This document shows, one piece after another, positions 9,762 to 19,645 of a DNA stretch of 64,000 nt. The notes beneath the pieces were generated by a model. It ran no database searches. It was not told the origin of the DNA and was given only the letters and a program-made list of their open reading frames with translations. Each line of letters opens with the position of its first letter. Positions within the stretch are counted from its first letter, which is position 1. A program made the position numbers and the translations under genes. The stretch lies in assembly GCA_043778225.1 (NCBI GenBank), contig JAYWGM010000032.1, positions 32,001-96,000 on the forward strand, written 5' to 3'. The stretch comes from Deinococcales bacterium (GTDB taxonomy: Bacteria; Deinococcota; Deinococci; Deinococcales; JAAFIG01).

Positions 9762-10711
9762 GTTTAACCGGTCAGCATACCCGAACTGGTTTTACCACTG
9801 CCAAACGCGGCTTAAATCATGATTCCTTTGCAATGCGTTTATGGCGCAAAGCTAAAAAATTTGGGATTTGGAATCCGTCAGAAATAGACTTTAGCCAAGA
9901 TACCAAAGACTGGCAGCAATTATCTGGTCTCGAGCAGCAAGTCTTGATTCATTTATCGGGCTTATTTCAGGCTGGCGAAGAAAGCGTGACGCTTGATTTA
10001 TTGCCTTTAATTCAAACCATTGCCAAAGAAGGGCGGCTTGAAGAAGAAATGTTCCTGACCAGTTTTTTATGGGAAGAAGCTAAACACATCGAAACCTTTG
10101 ACCGCTTTTGGACCAATGTGGTTGGGCATCACCCAGACCTCGAGCCATTTCATTCCGAGAGTTACCGCCAAATTATTTATCAGGCTTTGCCAAAAGCCCT
10201 ACACGCCCTCGAGACTGACCCCAGCCCGACTGCTCAAGCCCGTGCTAGTGTGACTTACAACATGATTGTTGAAGGGGTACTTGCCGAAACGGGTTATCAT
10301 GCTTACGGACAGATGCTCGAGCGCCACAAAATTTTGCCGGGAATGCGCCGTGCGATGCTGCTCTTTAAGCAAGATGAAAGCCGCCATATTGCGTATGGGG
10401 TGCATCTGCTGAGTCGTTTGGTTGCCGAACATGGCGACCCCGTGTGGGAAGTGATTGAAGCCGAAATGCAAACCCTGATTATGCCTGCAATTGGTGTGAT
10501 TAACGAAGTTTTTGATACTTACCAAGAAATGCCATTTGGTTTAGAAGCCGAAGATTTTATTGCTTATGCTTTTGGGCAGTTTCAACGCCGACTCGAGCGA
10601 ATCGAACGTGCCAGAGGTTTGAGTCTCGAGGAAGTCGTAGGCAAAGAAAGTCATGACCTCGAGCAAGCCGAAGTGACTTCTCCACTCGAGCAAGCCGAAG
10701 TAGCGGACTAA
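9758..10711 (+). CDS. R2-like ligand-binding oxidase (R2lox, Mn/Fe ferritin-like)
   Basis: GEESVTLDLLP, EEAKH, VTYNMIVEGVLAETGY, DESRH; ATGA overlap fixes the start at 9758. Confidence 0.88.
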   Translation: MSLTGQHTRTGFTTAKRGLNHDSFAMRLWRKAKKFGIWNPSEIDFSQDTKDWQQLSGLEQQVLIHLSGLFQAGEESVTLDLLPLIQTIAKEGRLEEEMFLTSFLWEEAKHIETFDRFWTNVVGHHPDLEPFHSESYRQIIYQALPKALHALETDPSPTAQARASVTYNMIVEGVLAETGYHAYGQMLERHKILPGMRRAMLLFKQDESRHIAYGVHLLSRLVAEHGDPVWEVIEAEMQTLIMPAIGVINEVFDTYQEMPFGLEAEDFIAYAFGQFQRRLERIERARGLSLEEVVGKESHDLEQAEVTSPLEQAEVAD

Positions 10712-10714
10712 AGT

Positions 10715-11125
10715 ATGGCAAAAGACCTTTTCCATCAGATTGTTCGTCATGCACTCGAAAAAGATGGATGGAAAATCACCAAAGACCCGTTTGCTTTTAG
10801 GTATGGTGAAACCAGCTTTGAAATTGATTTGGGTGCAGAACGTTTAATTGCAGCAGAGCGAGAAAATATGCTCATCGCTGTTGAAATCAAAAGTTTTATC
10901 CAGCCTTCAACCTCGAATGAATTCCATGCAGCCCTTGGACAATACCTTGCCTATCATTATGCACTTGGACAGTTTGAACCTGAGCGCCTTCTTTATTTGG
11001 CTGTACCAAAAGATACCTACCAAAGTTTTTTCCAGCGCCAATTTGCTCGAGAAATCGTGGCACTCCACAAATTAAGAATCCTCGTTTACAATCAACAAAC
11101 AGAGGTGATAGAAACATGGTACTGA
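10715..11125 (+). CDS. xisH: XisH family PD-(D/E)XK protein
   Basis: MAKDLFHQIVRHALEKDGWKITKDP..IDLGAE..AVEIKSF..ALGQY. Confidence 0.92.
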   Translation: MAKDLFHQIVRHALEKDGWKITKDPFAFRYGETSFEIDLGAERLIAAERENMLIAVEIKSFIQPSTSNEFHAALGQYLAYHYALGQFEPERLLYLAVPKDTYQSFFQRQFAREIVALHKLRILVYNQQTEVIETWY

Positions 11126-11466
11126 AACAATACAAGCAAGCCATTCATCATGTCTTTGAGACATTAAAATCCCATCATGCACTCATGCCAACTGGGATTG
11201 AACGCCAGTTTATTCTTGACGATGAAAACGGGCATTATCAAATTCTTGATGTTGGCTGGGAATCCCAAAAATTCATTCATGACATTATGGTACATATTGA
11301 CATCAAACAAGATTTTATTTGGCTACAAGCTGATAATACCGATTATGGTATTGCCGAAGCCTTACTCGAGCAAGGCATACCAAAAAATCGAATTGTGCTT
11401 GGTTTTCATGCCCCATTCAAACGAAAATTTACGGGATTTGCCACAGGACAAGAGCTACCTGCTTAA
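11116..11466 (+). CDS. xisI: XisI family protein
   Basis: HIDIKQDFIWLQADNTDYGIAEALLEQGIPKNRIVLGFH; overlaps xisH. Confidence 0.92.
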   Translation: MVLKQYKQAIHHVFETLKSHHALMPTGIERQFILDDENGHYQILDVGWESQKFIHDIMVHIDIKQDFIWLQADNTDYGIAEALLEQGIPKNRIVLGFHAPFKRKFTGFATGQELPA

Positions 11467-11472
11467 AATAAT

Positions 11473-13914
11473 TTACGTTGCCTCACGGCATAAATCTTGA
11501 TACGAACACGTCCGACAATGAAACCCCACCACTGCCCGAACCACCCCAGACTCGAGGTCGTTTTTGGCTTTTTCAAGCACTGCCCGACTCTCGAGACGGC
11601 GCTTGAGGCTTTTTTCGCTGGCTGGATTCATAATGTTTTTATGTCTGCCCTCGGGGTCTACGGCACAAAAAGCAACCCGCAGACCATTTTCGATCGCTAG
11701 GTCGGCAAACCACCATTCGCGGTGGCGGTTGTTGTCGCGGTATGCCTCCCAAGCCTCTTCGAGGTTCTCTACCCGCCGATAAATCTCGAGCAATTTGGCT
11801 TTGCCATTTGGGTCGTTACGGCGAATCAGACCATCGAGGCGAAATTCAATGCCTTGGCTGGTGTACACAAAGGGCTGCATTTCTGGACTGGACTGGTTCT
11901 GCTCGAGGCTGGCTTCGAGCAGCCGCAAAAAAGTTGGGTCGAAACGCTCAAAATTGTTGGGCAGAGTTTCTTTTTGTGGCTGGTTGCGCCGCAGATTTTT
12001 TAAGACCAAACTCGGTACGAGGCTCGAACTCGAGTTTAGGGGTAATAAACGCCCAGCCCAAGCCCGCAAGCCGCAACGTGCCACACCCTCGAGTTCGGTA
12101 GCACTAAATGGCTCAGTACGGGCAGCTACCCGAAAAGTGCCACTCGAGACGACTTGGTTGGGCGTGGCTTTGGTGTGCGCCAATTCAAGCATTCCGGCGG
12201 TCTGGTTAAATTCGGCTTCGATGCTTAAACCCAGTCGTGCCAAACGCGGATGAGCCGCTAAACTTGCGCCGCGCTCGGCTTTGGCAAAACTGATAATCAA
12301 TTCCTCATTGGCTCGAGTCAGGGTATCGTACAAGGTACTGTCGGCTAAACCATTCATTCGCAGTGGCAATTGCTGGGTATGTTGACCAAGAAGCTGCTCG
12401 AGTTGTGTGCGGCTGTCTTCTGGCACAAAGAAATCCTCGTTCTCGAGGTTCTGGTATGCCCCTTGGGTCACACCAAGCACCATGACTTTCTGAAAACGTC
12501 TGCCACTGGCTTCGGCTGGGGTTAAAACCGCCACCCCACGCCCAGCCTCGGGGTGTGCCAGTGCCGAGGCTTGCAGCAGGGTTTGTAACCACTCGGTAAA
12601 CTGTGTGCCCTCGCCCGAGAGTAATCTGGCGGCTTCTCGAGCCAAAACCCGCGCCGACTCGAGCCACGAAGCCGTCGGAATCAGCCGCTCCAGCAAAACT
12701 TCAAACCATGGCACAAAATCGCTTGCTGGTGGGGTCAGCCAAATTTTTAAGTCATCCAGAACTGCCCATGCAGTTTCTAATTCTGGGGTGAGTTGCCGAT
12801 ATGGGCTGCTGCCACCGTGCAAACCACGTTGCTCGAGGGTCTTGGCTAAAATTTCGAGTTCGGGAAAAACCAATGCCAAAACCCGTAATTCTGGAGCTGG
12901 AAAATCTCGCTTTGGGGCAACAAGGGCTGCCTCGAGAACCCGCCCAAAAGCAGTTTCGAGTAAGCCACCCAAGGATTCTGGCGCAAGTGGTACGTGGTAT
13001 TCTCGCGCCAATGCCTCCAAGACCCGCGCCGAAACATGGCTTGGCACAAGCAACGCCAGACTCGAGGCATCAAATCCTTGTAGCAACCACGCTTTGACCT
13101 GACGCAAGGCGGCTCGAGCTTCTGAAACGGGGTTGGCACTGGCACGCAGCCGCACGGTTTTGGCTAAACCCGCCCATGGTTTACCCGAGGCTTCTAAGCG
13201 CTCTAGCTTTGCCCCCAAAACCGCCACAATCGCCCGCAGTTCGGATAAGCCAACAGGGTGCGCCCAGACTTCGTGGCTGGTGTCTGGAGCGCCACTCGGC
13301 AGGGTGATTAAGGATGAAATCGCTTGGCTCGAGAGAACCCGAATGGCGCTTAATTCTGAAGGGTTAAAGGTTCTGTAGCCATCCACCACAAAATGCGCCC
13401 CGAGTGTCAATGGACTATCCTCGAGCAACTGTGCTGCCCTGAGCCGCACATCGTCTAAATCTTGTAAATCTTCGGACTCAAGCAGTGCCTGATAATCGCG
13501 GTAGACCAGCGCTAAAGTATCCTGATAGCTTTCGCCAACCGTTTGTGGCACAAATAAAGCCCGTTTGCACTCGGCAATCGCTTGGGCATAGAGCCGTGCC
13601 TCGCCGGGTTGCACGCCGCGTCCCAAAACATTTTCGAGCGCTCGAGCCGTCAGGGCGACCCGTCCGGGGTTTAAGACCACACCTTTATTTGCACCCAGTC
13701 TGTCGAGCATTCGGTAGCATAAATTTTGCAAATTGGTAACTTCTACACCCAAACTCGAGCCAAGACTTGCCAGTCCCTCGAGCCAAAAAGAGCGCTGGCT
13801 GGGCAGGGTCAGGACAATCACCCGTTCAAAATCGAGTGCTTTAGCATAAGCAAAACGCTGCGCGGCGCGGGTTTTACCACTGCCCGAAGCCCCAACCAGC
13901 AAACGCACCGACAT
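11473..13914 (-). CDS. AddB/RexB-like protein with P-loop and C-terminal Fe-S staple nuclease-like domain
   Basis: GASGSGKT P-loop, VVDGYRTF, TLTRANEELIISF; SATELE..C and CRTCSYQDLC provide four Cys. Confidence 0.7.
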   Translation of the reverse strand: MSVRLLVGASGSGKTRAAQRFAYAKALDFERVIVLTLPSQRSFWLEGLASLGSSLGVEVTNLQNLCYRMLDRLGANKGVVLNPGRVALTARALENVLGRGVQPGEARLYAQAIAECKRALFVPQTVGESYQDTLALVYRDYQALLESEDLQDLDDVRLRAAQLLEDSPLTLGAHFVVDGYRTFNPSELSAIRVLSSQAISSLITLPSGAPDTSHEVWAHPVGLSELRAIVAVLGAKLERLEASGKPWAGLAKTVRLRASANPVSEARAALRQVKAWLLQGFDASSLALLVPSHVSARVLEALAREYHVPLAPESLGGLLETAFGRVLEAALVAPKRDFPAPELRVLALVFPELEILAKTLEQRGLHGGSSPYRQLTPELETAWAVLDDLKIWLTPPASDFVPWFEVLLERLIPTASWLESARVLAREAARLLSGEGTQFTEWLQTLLQASALAHPEAGRGVAVLTPAEASGRRFQKVMVLGVTQGAYQNLENEDFFVPEDSRTQLEQLLGQHTQQLPLRMNGLADSTLYDTLTRANEELIISFAKAERGASLAAHPRLARLGLSIEAEFNQTAGMLELAHTKATPNQVVSSGTFRVAARTEPFSATELEGVARCGLRAWAGRLLPLNSSSSLVPSLVLKNLRRNQPQKETLPNNFERFDPTFLRLLEASLEQNQSSPEMQPFVYTSQGIEFRLDGLIRRNDPNGKAKLLEIYRRVENLEEAWEAYRDNNRHREWWFADLAIENGLRVAFCAVDPEGRHKNIMNPASEKSLKRRLESRAVLEKAKNDLESGVVRAVVGFHCRTCSYQDLCREAT

Positions 13915-13922
13915 TATACCTC

Positions 13923-15506
13923 TTAGCTCGTCCCCAAGAGTTCTCTGGCATGGGCGATGGCGGTGTTGGATTCCAAACCCGAAAGCATTCGGGCAAGTTC
14001 GCGCACCCTTGCGTCTTGGTCAAGGCGCTTAACTCGAGTTACGGTGCGCCCGTTTTCTTCAAATTTTTCGACTTTATAATGGTGGCTGGCTCGAGCCGCA
14101 ATTTGGGCTAAGTGGGTCACCACCAAGACCTGATGAGTTTGGGCAAGTTGTGCCAGTTGCTCGGCAACCGCCAGCGCGGCTTGTCCGCCAATACCCGCAT
14201 CCACTTCATCAAAAATCACAGTTGGGGTATTTGCCCCCAGCACGGTCGAAAGCGCTAACATCACACGGCTCAGTTCGCCGCCCGAGGCAATTTTACTTAA
14301 ATCGCCAAGGTCTTCGCCACTGTTGGCGGTAAACCGAATCTCGATGCTCTCTGCGCCGTGTGTGCCGATTTCGATTGGCAACAGCAAAAACTCGAGTCTG
14401 GCTTTGGGCATTCCAAGGTTTTGAATCACTTGCTCGAGTTGTGGTGCAACCCGCAGGGCGGCGGCTTGTCGGGCAACTGTCAGGTTTTGGGCGTGAGTCA
14501 GCAGTTGGCTGTGTAACTCAGCCAACTGCTGCTCGAGGTCGGCAGCATCGGTGGTGGCACGTTCGAGTTCGCTGATTTCGGAGCGCAGTGTTTGGGCATA
14601 CAAAAGCACATCGGCTAAGGTTGCGCCGTATTTATTTTTAAGTTTCTCGAGCAGCGCTAAACGGCTTTCGGTGTTGTCAAGGTTTTCGGGGTCAGAAGCG
14701 GTGCTGTCCACGACATCGCGCACCTCGCCAACAATCGCTTGAACACTCGATAAGGCTTCACGCAATTCAAGACTTAACTGGGCGGCTCGAGGCTCAAAAC
14801 GCCCAGCGTTATTTAAGAACTTGACCGCATCGGCAAGCGCAGAAATAGCATTGACATCGGCTTCATCTAAAACCTCGAGCGCACTCGAGGCATCTTGGGT
14901 AATCCGTTCGGCATTTAAGAGCCGTTCGCGCTCGAGCCGCAGGGTGGCTTCTTCATCGGCGGTCAGGTTAGCTTCTTCGATTTCGCGCACTTGGTACAAC
15001 AATAAATCCATACGTCGGGTGCGTTCGCGCTCTGAATTTTGTAGCCGCTCGAGTCGAGTTTTGGCACTGGCATACAAATTAAAAGACCATTTAAAGGTCT
15101 CGAGTATTGATTTATCCGCTAAGGCTGAATCTAAAAAATCACGGTGATACTTGGGGTCTAAAAGTGCTTGGGCAGCGTGTTGCCAATGCACCGTCACCAT
15201 TTTGGCGGCTGCCTCTGCCAGTTCTTTGTTGCTGACCACTTCGCCATCCACTCGAGCCACACTGCGCCCACCGACCGAAACCCGCCGCGAGAGCATTACC
15301 CCATCCCAAAAACCAGTCACCACCAGACTTTCTGTACCTTGCCGCACCAATTCGGTATCGGCTCGAGCGCCAGTTAGAAGCCAAATGGCATCCACGATAA
15401 TGCTTTTACCAGCCCCTGTTTCGCCGGTAAAAACATTAAAACCATTGTTCAACTCGAGTTCGAGTGAATCTATCAGGGCTAAGTTATGAACCTCGAGTCG
15501 CTGCAC
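13923..15506 (-). CDS. recN: DNA repair protein RecN
   Basis: TGETGAGKS, IASGGELSRVML, IFDEVDAGIGG, VTHLAQIAA; TATACT 6 nt before GTG (leaderless). Confidence 0.96.
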   Translation of the reverse strand: MQRLEVHNLALIDSLELELNNGFNVFTGETGAGKSIIVDAIWLLTGARADTELVRQGTESLVVTGFWDGVMLSRRVSVGGRSVARVDGEVVSNKELAEAAAKMVTVHWQHAAQALLDPKYHRDFLDSALADKSILETFKWSFNLYASAKTRLERLQNSERERTRRMDLLLYQVREIEEANLTADEEATLRLERERLLNAERITQDASSALEVLDEADVNAISALADAVKFLNNAGRFEPRAAQLSLELREALSSVQAIVGEVRDVVDSTASDPENLDNTESRLALLEKLKNKYGATLADVLLYAQTLRSEISELERATTDAADLEQQLAELHSQLLTHAQNLTVARQAAALRVAPQLEQVIQNLGMPKARLEFLLLPIEIGTHGAESIEIRFTANSGEDLGDLSKIASGGELSRVMLALSTVLGANTPTVIFDEVDAGIGGQAALAVAEQLAQLAQTHQVLVVTHLAQIAARASHHYKVEKFEENGRTVTRVKRLDQDARVRELARMLSGLESNTAIAHARELLGTS

Positions 15507-15562
15507 CAGTCCAGTATACCAAGATAGGATTTGACTTATCTTGGCAACTCGACAAAAGTCAT

Positions 15563-16144
15563 CTATTTCAAAATCTGCACTGGATAGCCCGAAACGCCAA
15601 CATCAAAATTGGTCAGGTTAATCGTGACGGTGGTGTTGCTGGTTGCCACAAAGCTGACTCGAGCGCCAATCTTAAATTGTCCAGACTTGATACGGTTAAA
15701 AGCGTTGGCGCAAAGGGTTGGACTGCTGGCGGTCAGACTTAAATCCACCTTAACTGGATTTGTGCCGTCCACAGTTAAATCGCCAACACAATTTGCGCCA
15801 GTCGGAACTTTGTTGTTCGGGTCATAAAGCGTAACATTGGTGGCGCTGCTTGGACCAACGTATAACTCGAGTGTGCCATTGATTGCCCCAGCCACACTCG
15901 AGACAATGCCGGCATCTATTTTCAGGGCAATTCGGGTTAAGAAACTTAGGCTTGGCAGCGGCACAGCCAAGCCATTTTCTGGAATCGGGATATTGATGGC
16001 TGGTCCAGCCGTGACATTTTGCGTGGTTGTGCGGTTGGCGGCTGGAATAAAACTATCGCCATCCACGTTAATGTTAATCAGGGTAGCAGTGCTGCAAGCG
16101 CTAAAAATGGTTGCTAAGGCTGCCACTAAAAATAATTTTTTCAT
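15563..16144 (-). CDS. Lipoprotein of unknown function
   Basis: Lipobox FSAC after a hydrophobic stretch; RBS AAGGAG. Confidence 0.8.
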   Translation of the reverse strand: MKKLFLVAALATIFSACSTATLININVDGDSFIPAANRTTTQNVTAGPAINIPIPENGLAVPLPSLSFLTRIALKIDAGIVSSVAGAINGTLELYVGPSSATNVTLYDPNNKVPTGANCVGDLTVDGTNPVKVDLSLTASSPTLCANAFNRIKSGQFKIGARVSFVATSNTTVTINLTNFDVGVSGYPVQILK

Positions 16145-16153
16145 ATCTCTCCT

Positions 16154-17572
16154 TTAGAAGCCAAAGCGCAAGGCTGCCGCAATGCCCCAAGATGTTCCGC
16201 CAATAAACGGAGTCGGATGAGCAGTCAAAGCAAGGTCTAAACCGATACCGGGTGCAAACTCGAGTCCAGCCCCAATCCCAAAGCGAAAACGCCCGCTCTC
16301 GAGTCCAATACCGCCACGAACCACAAACAGCACCCATTGGGCTTCTACCCCAAGGTGCAAATTGAGACTGCCGCGTCCAAGTTGAGCATCGAGCATCGCC
16401 AGCACCCGAAAACCTCCAGCCAAGCTGAATGTGCCAGCCAGATTGGCGGTAAAAAGTGGATTGAAATTAATGCCACCTCGAGTGGCGGCGGTCGGTGGCG
16501 TAACCGTGGTCACACCTGTCACACCATCATAGACCGTGCGAAATTCTGTGCCTGTCCAGGTGTTGGCTTCGACCAAACCAATAATCCCCAAACCAACTGT
16601 AAATTTCTCGAGTTCTGGCACACCAAGGCTTGCACCCGCTAAATCGATCACCACCCCAAAATCGCCAGCCACCCCGTAGCCCAAACCATTGCTAAAATCA
16701 GAACCAAGGCTGCTTGCCAAAGGACTCGAGACAAAATAGGTGTATTCATAACCGATTTTTGCGTCGGTTAAAGCAGGGGTTGAGCCTCGGGTGATGTTGA
16801 TTAAAGCTCGACCATCGGCATAGGCAGCCCCGAAAAAACCACTGGCTCGAGCGCCAAGATAGACTTTTGTGCTGTCAAAGGCAAGCGGTGTACTAAAGGC
16901 TAAGTCGAGCGAAACACCCGCCGCGCCTTGTCCACTGGCAACCACCGCATTTGCATAATCGGAACTGAGGTTGCCGTCGGCAACATCGGCAATCAGGGCT
17001 TGGTCAATGCGTGGTGAACTGGGTGCAATGTTGGCAAAAACACCCATTTTAATCGAAACAGGTCCAATGCTAAAGGGTAGGCTTAAAAATGGGGTCACGC
17101 CACTGGTGGCGCTCGGTGTACCAAAAAGACTGCCAAGGCTCGAGAAATCAAGGCTGATGGGGCGGTTATTGGTGACATCAAATAAACTGATTCCACTGGC
17201 ACTGAGGTTAATCGTCAGTTCGCCGGGTGGGGTTGGGGTATTCAAAATAAAGCTATTGAGGTGGGTGGCTTGGTCAAACGCCGCCAAGAAATTAAAGACT
17301 TTTTGTGGTGGGTTGCTGAGGTACGGCGAGCGGTTACTCAAAAAATCAAGCACATTCATCTGTGGATTCAGCACAAAATTGAGTAAACCCACAGGCAAGC
17401 TAAAACCGCCACCGCGTCCGTCGGCAGGGTAACTGAGGTAGGCTGGATTGTACGGCGATAACCCAGGACCCGGCACAAGTGCGCCGCCTAAACCCAATGA
17501 ACGCACGTCCTGAGCCAGTGCCGCACCCGCCAAGGCGAAGACCAAACCAATTGCCGATAAAACTCGTTTCAT
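16154..17572 (-). CDS. Probable outer-membrane beta-barrel protein
   Basis: Signal peptide, alternating beta-strand pattern, C-terminal LRFGF; RBS GGAGG. Confidence 0.65.
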   Translation of the reverse strand: MKRVLSAIGLVFALAGAALAQDVRSLGLGGALVPGPGLSPYNPAYLSYPADGRGGGFSLPVGLLNFVLNPQMNVLDFLSNRSPYLSNPPQKVFNFLAAFDQATHLNSFILNTPTPPGELTINLSASGISLFDVTNNRPISLDFSSLGSLFGTPSATSGVTPFLSLPFSIGPVSIKMGVFANIAPSSPRIDQALIADVADGNLSSDYANAVVASGQGAAGVSLDLAFSTPLAFDSTKVYLGARASGFFGAAYADGRALINITRGSTPALTDAKIGYEYTYFVSSPLASSLGSDFSNGLGYGVAGDFGVVIDLAGASLGVPELEKFTVGLGIIGLVEANTWTGTEFRTVYDGVTGVTTVTPPTAATRGGINFNPLFTANLAGTFSLAGGFRVLAMLDAQLGRGSLNLHLGVEAQWVLFVVRGGIGLESGRFRFGIGAGLEFAPGIGLDLALTAHPTPFIGGTSWGIAAALRFGF

Positions 17573-17608
17573 AAGACCTCCAAGTGCTTGCACTCTAAAC
17601 CAATTGAT

Positions 17609-18328
17609 TTAGAGTGGTCGTTCTGCCTCGAGCAACACAATTGCCTCAAGCGCAGTTTGAATCATGGTCGTTACACCCATTTTTAAGACCTCATCTGGCA
17701 CTAAATTCTCATCGCCAATATAATTAGAGACCGCCACAATTGCGCCACTCTCGAGTCCACGCAGTCGCGCCACGGTAAAAACCGCACTGGATTCCATCTC
17801 GAGTCCAAGCACCCCACGGGTGTCGTATAAACCACGGGCTTCTTGGGGAGTGACCGCATAAAAAGCATCGTCGGAGGCAATTAAACCAACATGATGCCGC
17901 TTTGCCCCAGCCGCCACCTCGAGCGCCCTGACGACACGGTAATCAGCAATCGGTGCATGGTTACCTTCGCCTAGGTATTGGCGTGTTGTGCCGTCTCGAG
18001 CCAGTGCTGCTTGGGCAATCACCAAATCAGCGGGTTTCAGGTTTGGGCTTGTGCCGCCACACGTCCCAATCCGAATCAGCAGTTTTGCACCAAGCATCGC
18101 CAGTTCTTCAACTGCAATGGCTGCACTCGGGCAACCCATCATCGTGGTTTGCACCGAAACCCGAATGCCTTTGTAATGACCAGTGTAGCCAAGCATTCCA
18201 CGATGTTCGGTGTACAGCACGGCATCCTCGAGAAAATGTTCGGCAACAAACTTGGCTCGGTTGGGGTCGCCGGGCAAAAGCACATAGGGGGCTATATCGC
18301 TTGGGTTGGCTCGGATATGAATCGGCAT
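17609..18328 (-). CDS. deoD: Purine nucleoside phosphorylase (DeoD/Udp type)
   Basis: LPGDPNRA, MGCPSAAI, IRIGTCG, LEMES. Confidence 0.85.
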   Translation of the reverse strand: MPIHIRANPSDIAPYVLLPGDPNRAKFVAEHFLEDAVLYTEHRGMLGYTGHYKGIRVSVQTTMMGCPSAAIAVEELAMLGAKLLIRIGTCGGTSPNLKPADLVIAQAALARDGTTRQYLGEGNHAPIADYRVVRALEVAAGAKRHHVGLIASDDAFYAVTPQEARGLYDTRGVLGLEMESSAVFTVARLRGLESGAIVAVSNYIGDENLVPDEVLKMGVTTMIQTALEAIVLLEAERPL

Positions 18329-18408
18329 AGACAGCAGTCTACCCGTAAATCGCTGACTTGAGGGCTGGAGCTTGTCACTTTTGCCAAAAAATCCCGTACA
18401 CTAAGCCT

Positions 18409-19509
18409 ATGTTGAATTGGTTACTGGTGCTGGTCCCGATAGCGTTTATCCTCGAGTTTTTTGTTCACCCTGGGGATATGTGGATATTTATCGTCTCAGC
18501 CGCCGCAATTTTACCCTTGGCGGGCTTGATGGGCAAAGCCACCGAAGAACTGGCAGCCCGCACTGGCGCAACCATTGGCGGCTTACTCAATGCCACCTTT
18601 GGCAATGCGACCGAGTTAATCATTGCCTTTTTTGCTTTGTCGGCTGGAAAATTTGATGTTGTGAAAGCCAGTATTACTGGCAGCATTATCGGCAATCTAC
18701 TGTTGGTGCTTGGTCTAGCCCTCTTTTTAGGTGGCTTAAAATACCCCAAACAAACTTTTAACCGTGAAAGCGCTGGTACAGCCGCCAGTTTATTGGTCAT
18801 CAGCGTGATTGCTTTTTTAGTCCCCGCCCTATTTGACATCACCGAAAAGCAATTTGGCATCTCGAGCGCCCAAGTGAAAATAGATGATGCTAACCTTGCG
18901 CTCGGTGTTTCTTTTGTGCTGCTGGCATTGTATGCCGCCAACATTATATTTACCTTAATCACCCACAAAGATATTCTATCCACTTCCGATGAAGCCGAAG
19001 CTGAGCATCATGTCACCCAATGGAGTGTGCCAGTCGCCCTTGGCGTGTTGCTGGGTAGCACCGTGTTGGTTGGCTTTATGTCCGAATTTTTGGTCGGCAG
19101 CATCGAAGGCTTTACCAAGACTTTTGGCTTGTCCGAATTTTTTGTCGGTCTCATTATTATTCCAATTGTTGGTAACGCTGCCGAACACGCCAGTGCGGTG
19201 GTTTTTGCGATGAAAAACCGTATGGGTTTAGCGATTACGATTGCTGTTGGCAGCACCATTCAAGTGGCATTGTTGGTTGCTCCAATTTTGGTTATTTTAT
19301 CGTGGGTGATTGGCAAACCAATGGACTTGGTGCTGAACAACCCGCTCGAGATTGTGACTTTAATTGGTGCGGTTTTAATCGGTAACAGTGTGACAAGGGA
19401 CGGTGAAACCAACTGGCTCGAGGGATTTATGCTGCTTGGTGTCTATGTGATTCTAGCGCTGGCGTTTTTCTTTCTGCCTAATCCAACAGGTATTGCTGGG
19501 CATGGGTAA
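18409..19509 (+). CDS. cax: Ca2+/H+ antiporter (CaCA family)
   Basis: GGLLNATFGNATELII and GNAAEH alpha repeats; TACACT 6 nt before ATG. Confidence 0.92.
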   Translation: MLNWLLVLVPIAFILEFFVHPGDMWIFIVSAAAILPLAGLMGKATEELAARTGATIGGLLNATFGNATELIIAFFALSAGKFDVVKASITGSIIGNLLLVLGLALFLGGLKYPKQTFNRESAGTAASLLVISVIAFLVPALFDITEKQFGISSAQVKIDDANLALGVSFVLLALYAANIIFTLITHKDILSTSDEAEAEHHVTQWSVPVALGVLLGSTVLVGFMSEFLVGSIEGFTKTFGLSEFFVGLIIIPIVGNAAEHASAVVFAMKNRMGLAITIAVGSTIQVALLVAPILVILSWVIGKPMDLVLNNPLEIVTLIGAVLIGNSVTRDGETNWLEGFMLLGVYVILALAFFFLPNPTGIAGHG

Positions 19510-19565
19510 AACTTGCAATTCTTGAGTGACTGTGCGACAATCCCAAAGCTCGAGAGATTACTCGA

Positions 19566-19640
19566 GGGCGGTTAGCTCAGTGGTAGAGCATTCGCTTCAC
19601 ACGCGAAGGGTCGCTGGTTCAAATCCAGTATCGCCCACCA
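19566..19640 (+). tRNA. tRNA-Val (anticodon CAC); 3' half probably supplied by the integrated element
   Basis: GGGCGGT/ATCGCCC acceptor stem, TTCGC-TTCACAC-GCGAA anticodon arm, GGTTCAAATCC T loop, encoded CCA. Confidence 0.96.
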
Positions 19641-19645
19641 TACAG

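Noticed and set aside
9629..10711. Ribonucleotide reductase beta subunit, and the longer 9629 start
   Set aside because: Motifs fit R2lox and no alpha subunit is adjacent. The extension overlaps the upstream gene, and the ATGA coupling supports 9758.
11473..13914. Cas4 or CRISPR-associated nuclease
   Set aside because: The Cys-staple domain is fused to a long AddB-like body next to recN, with no cas context.
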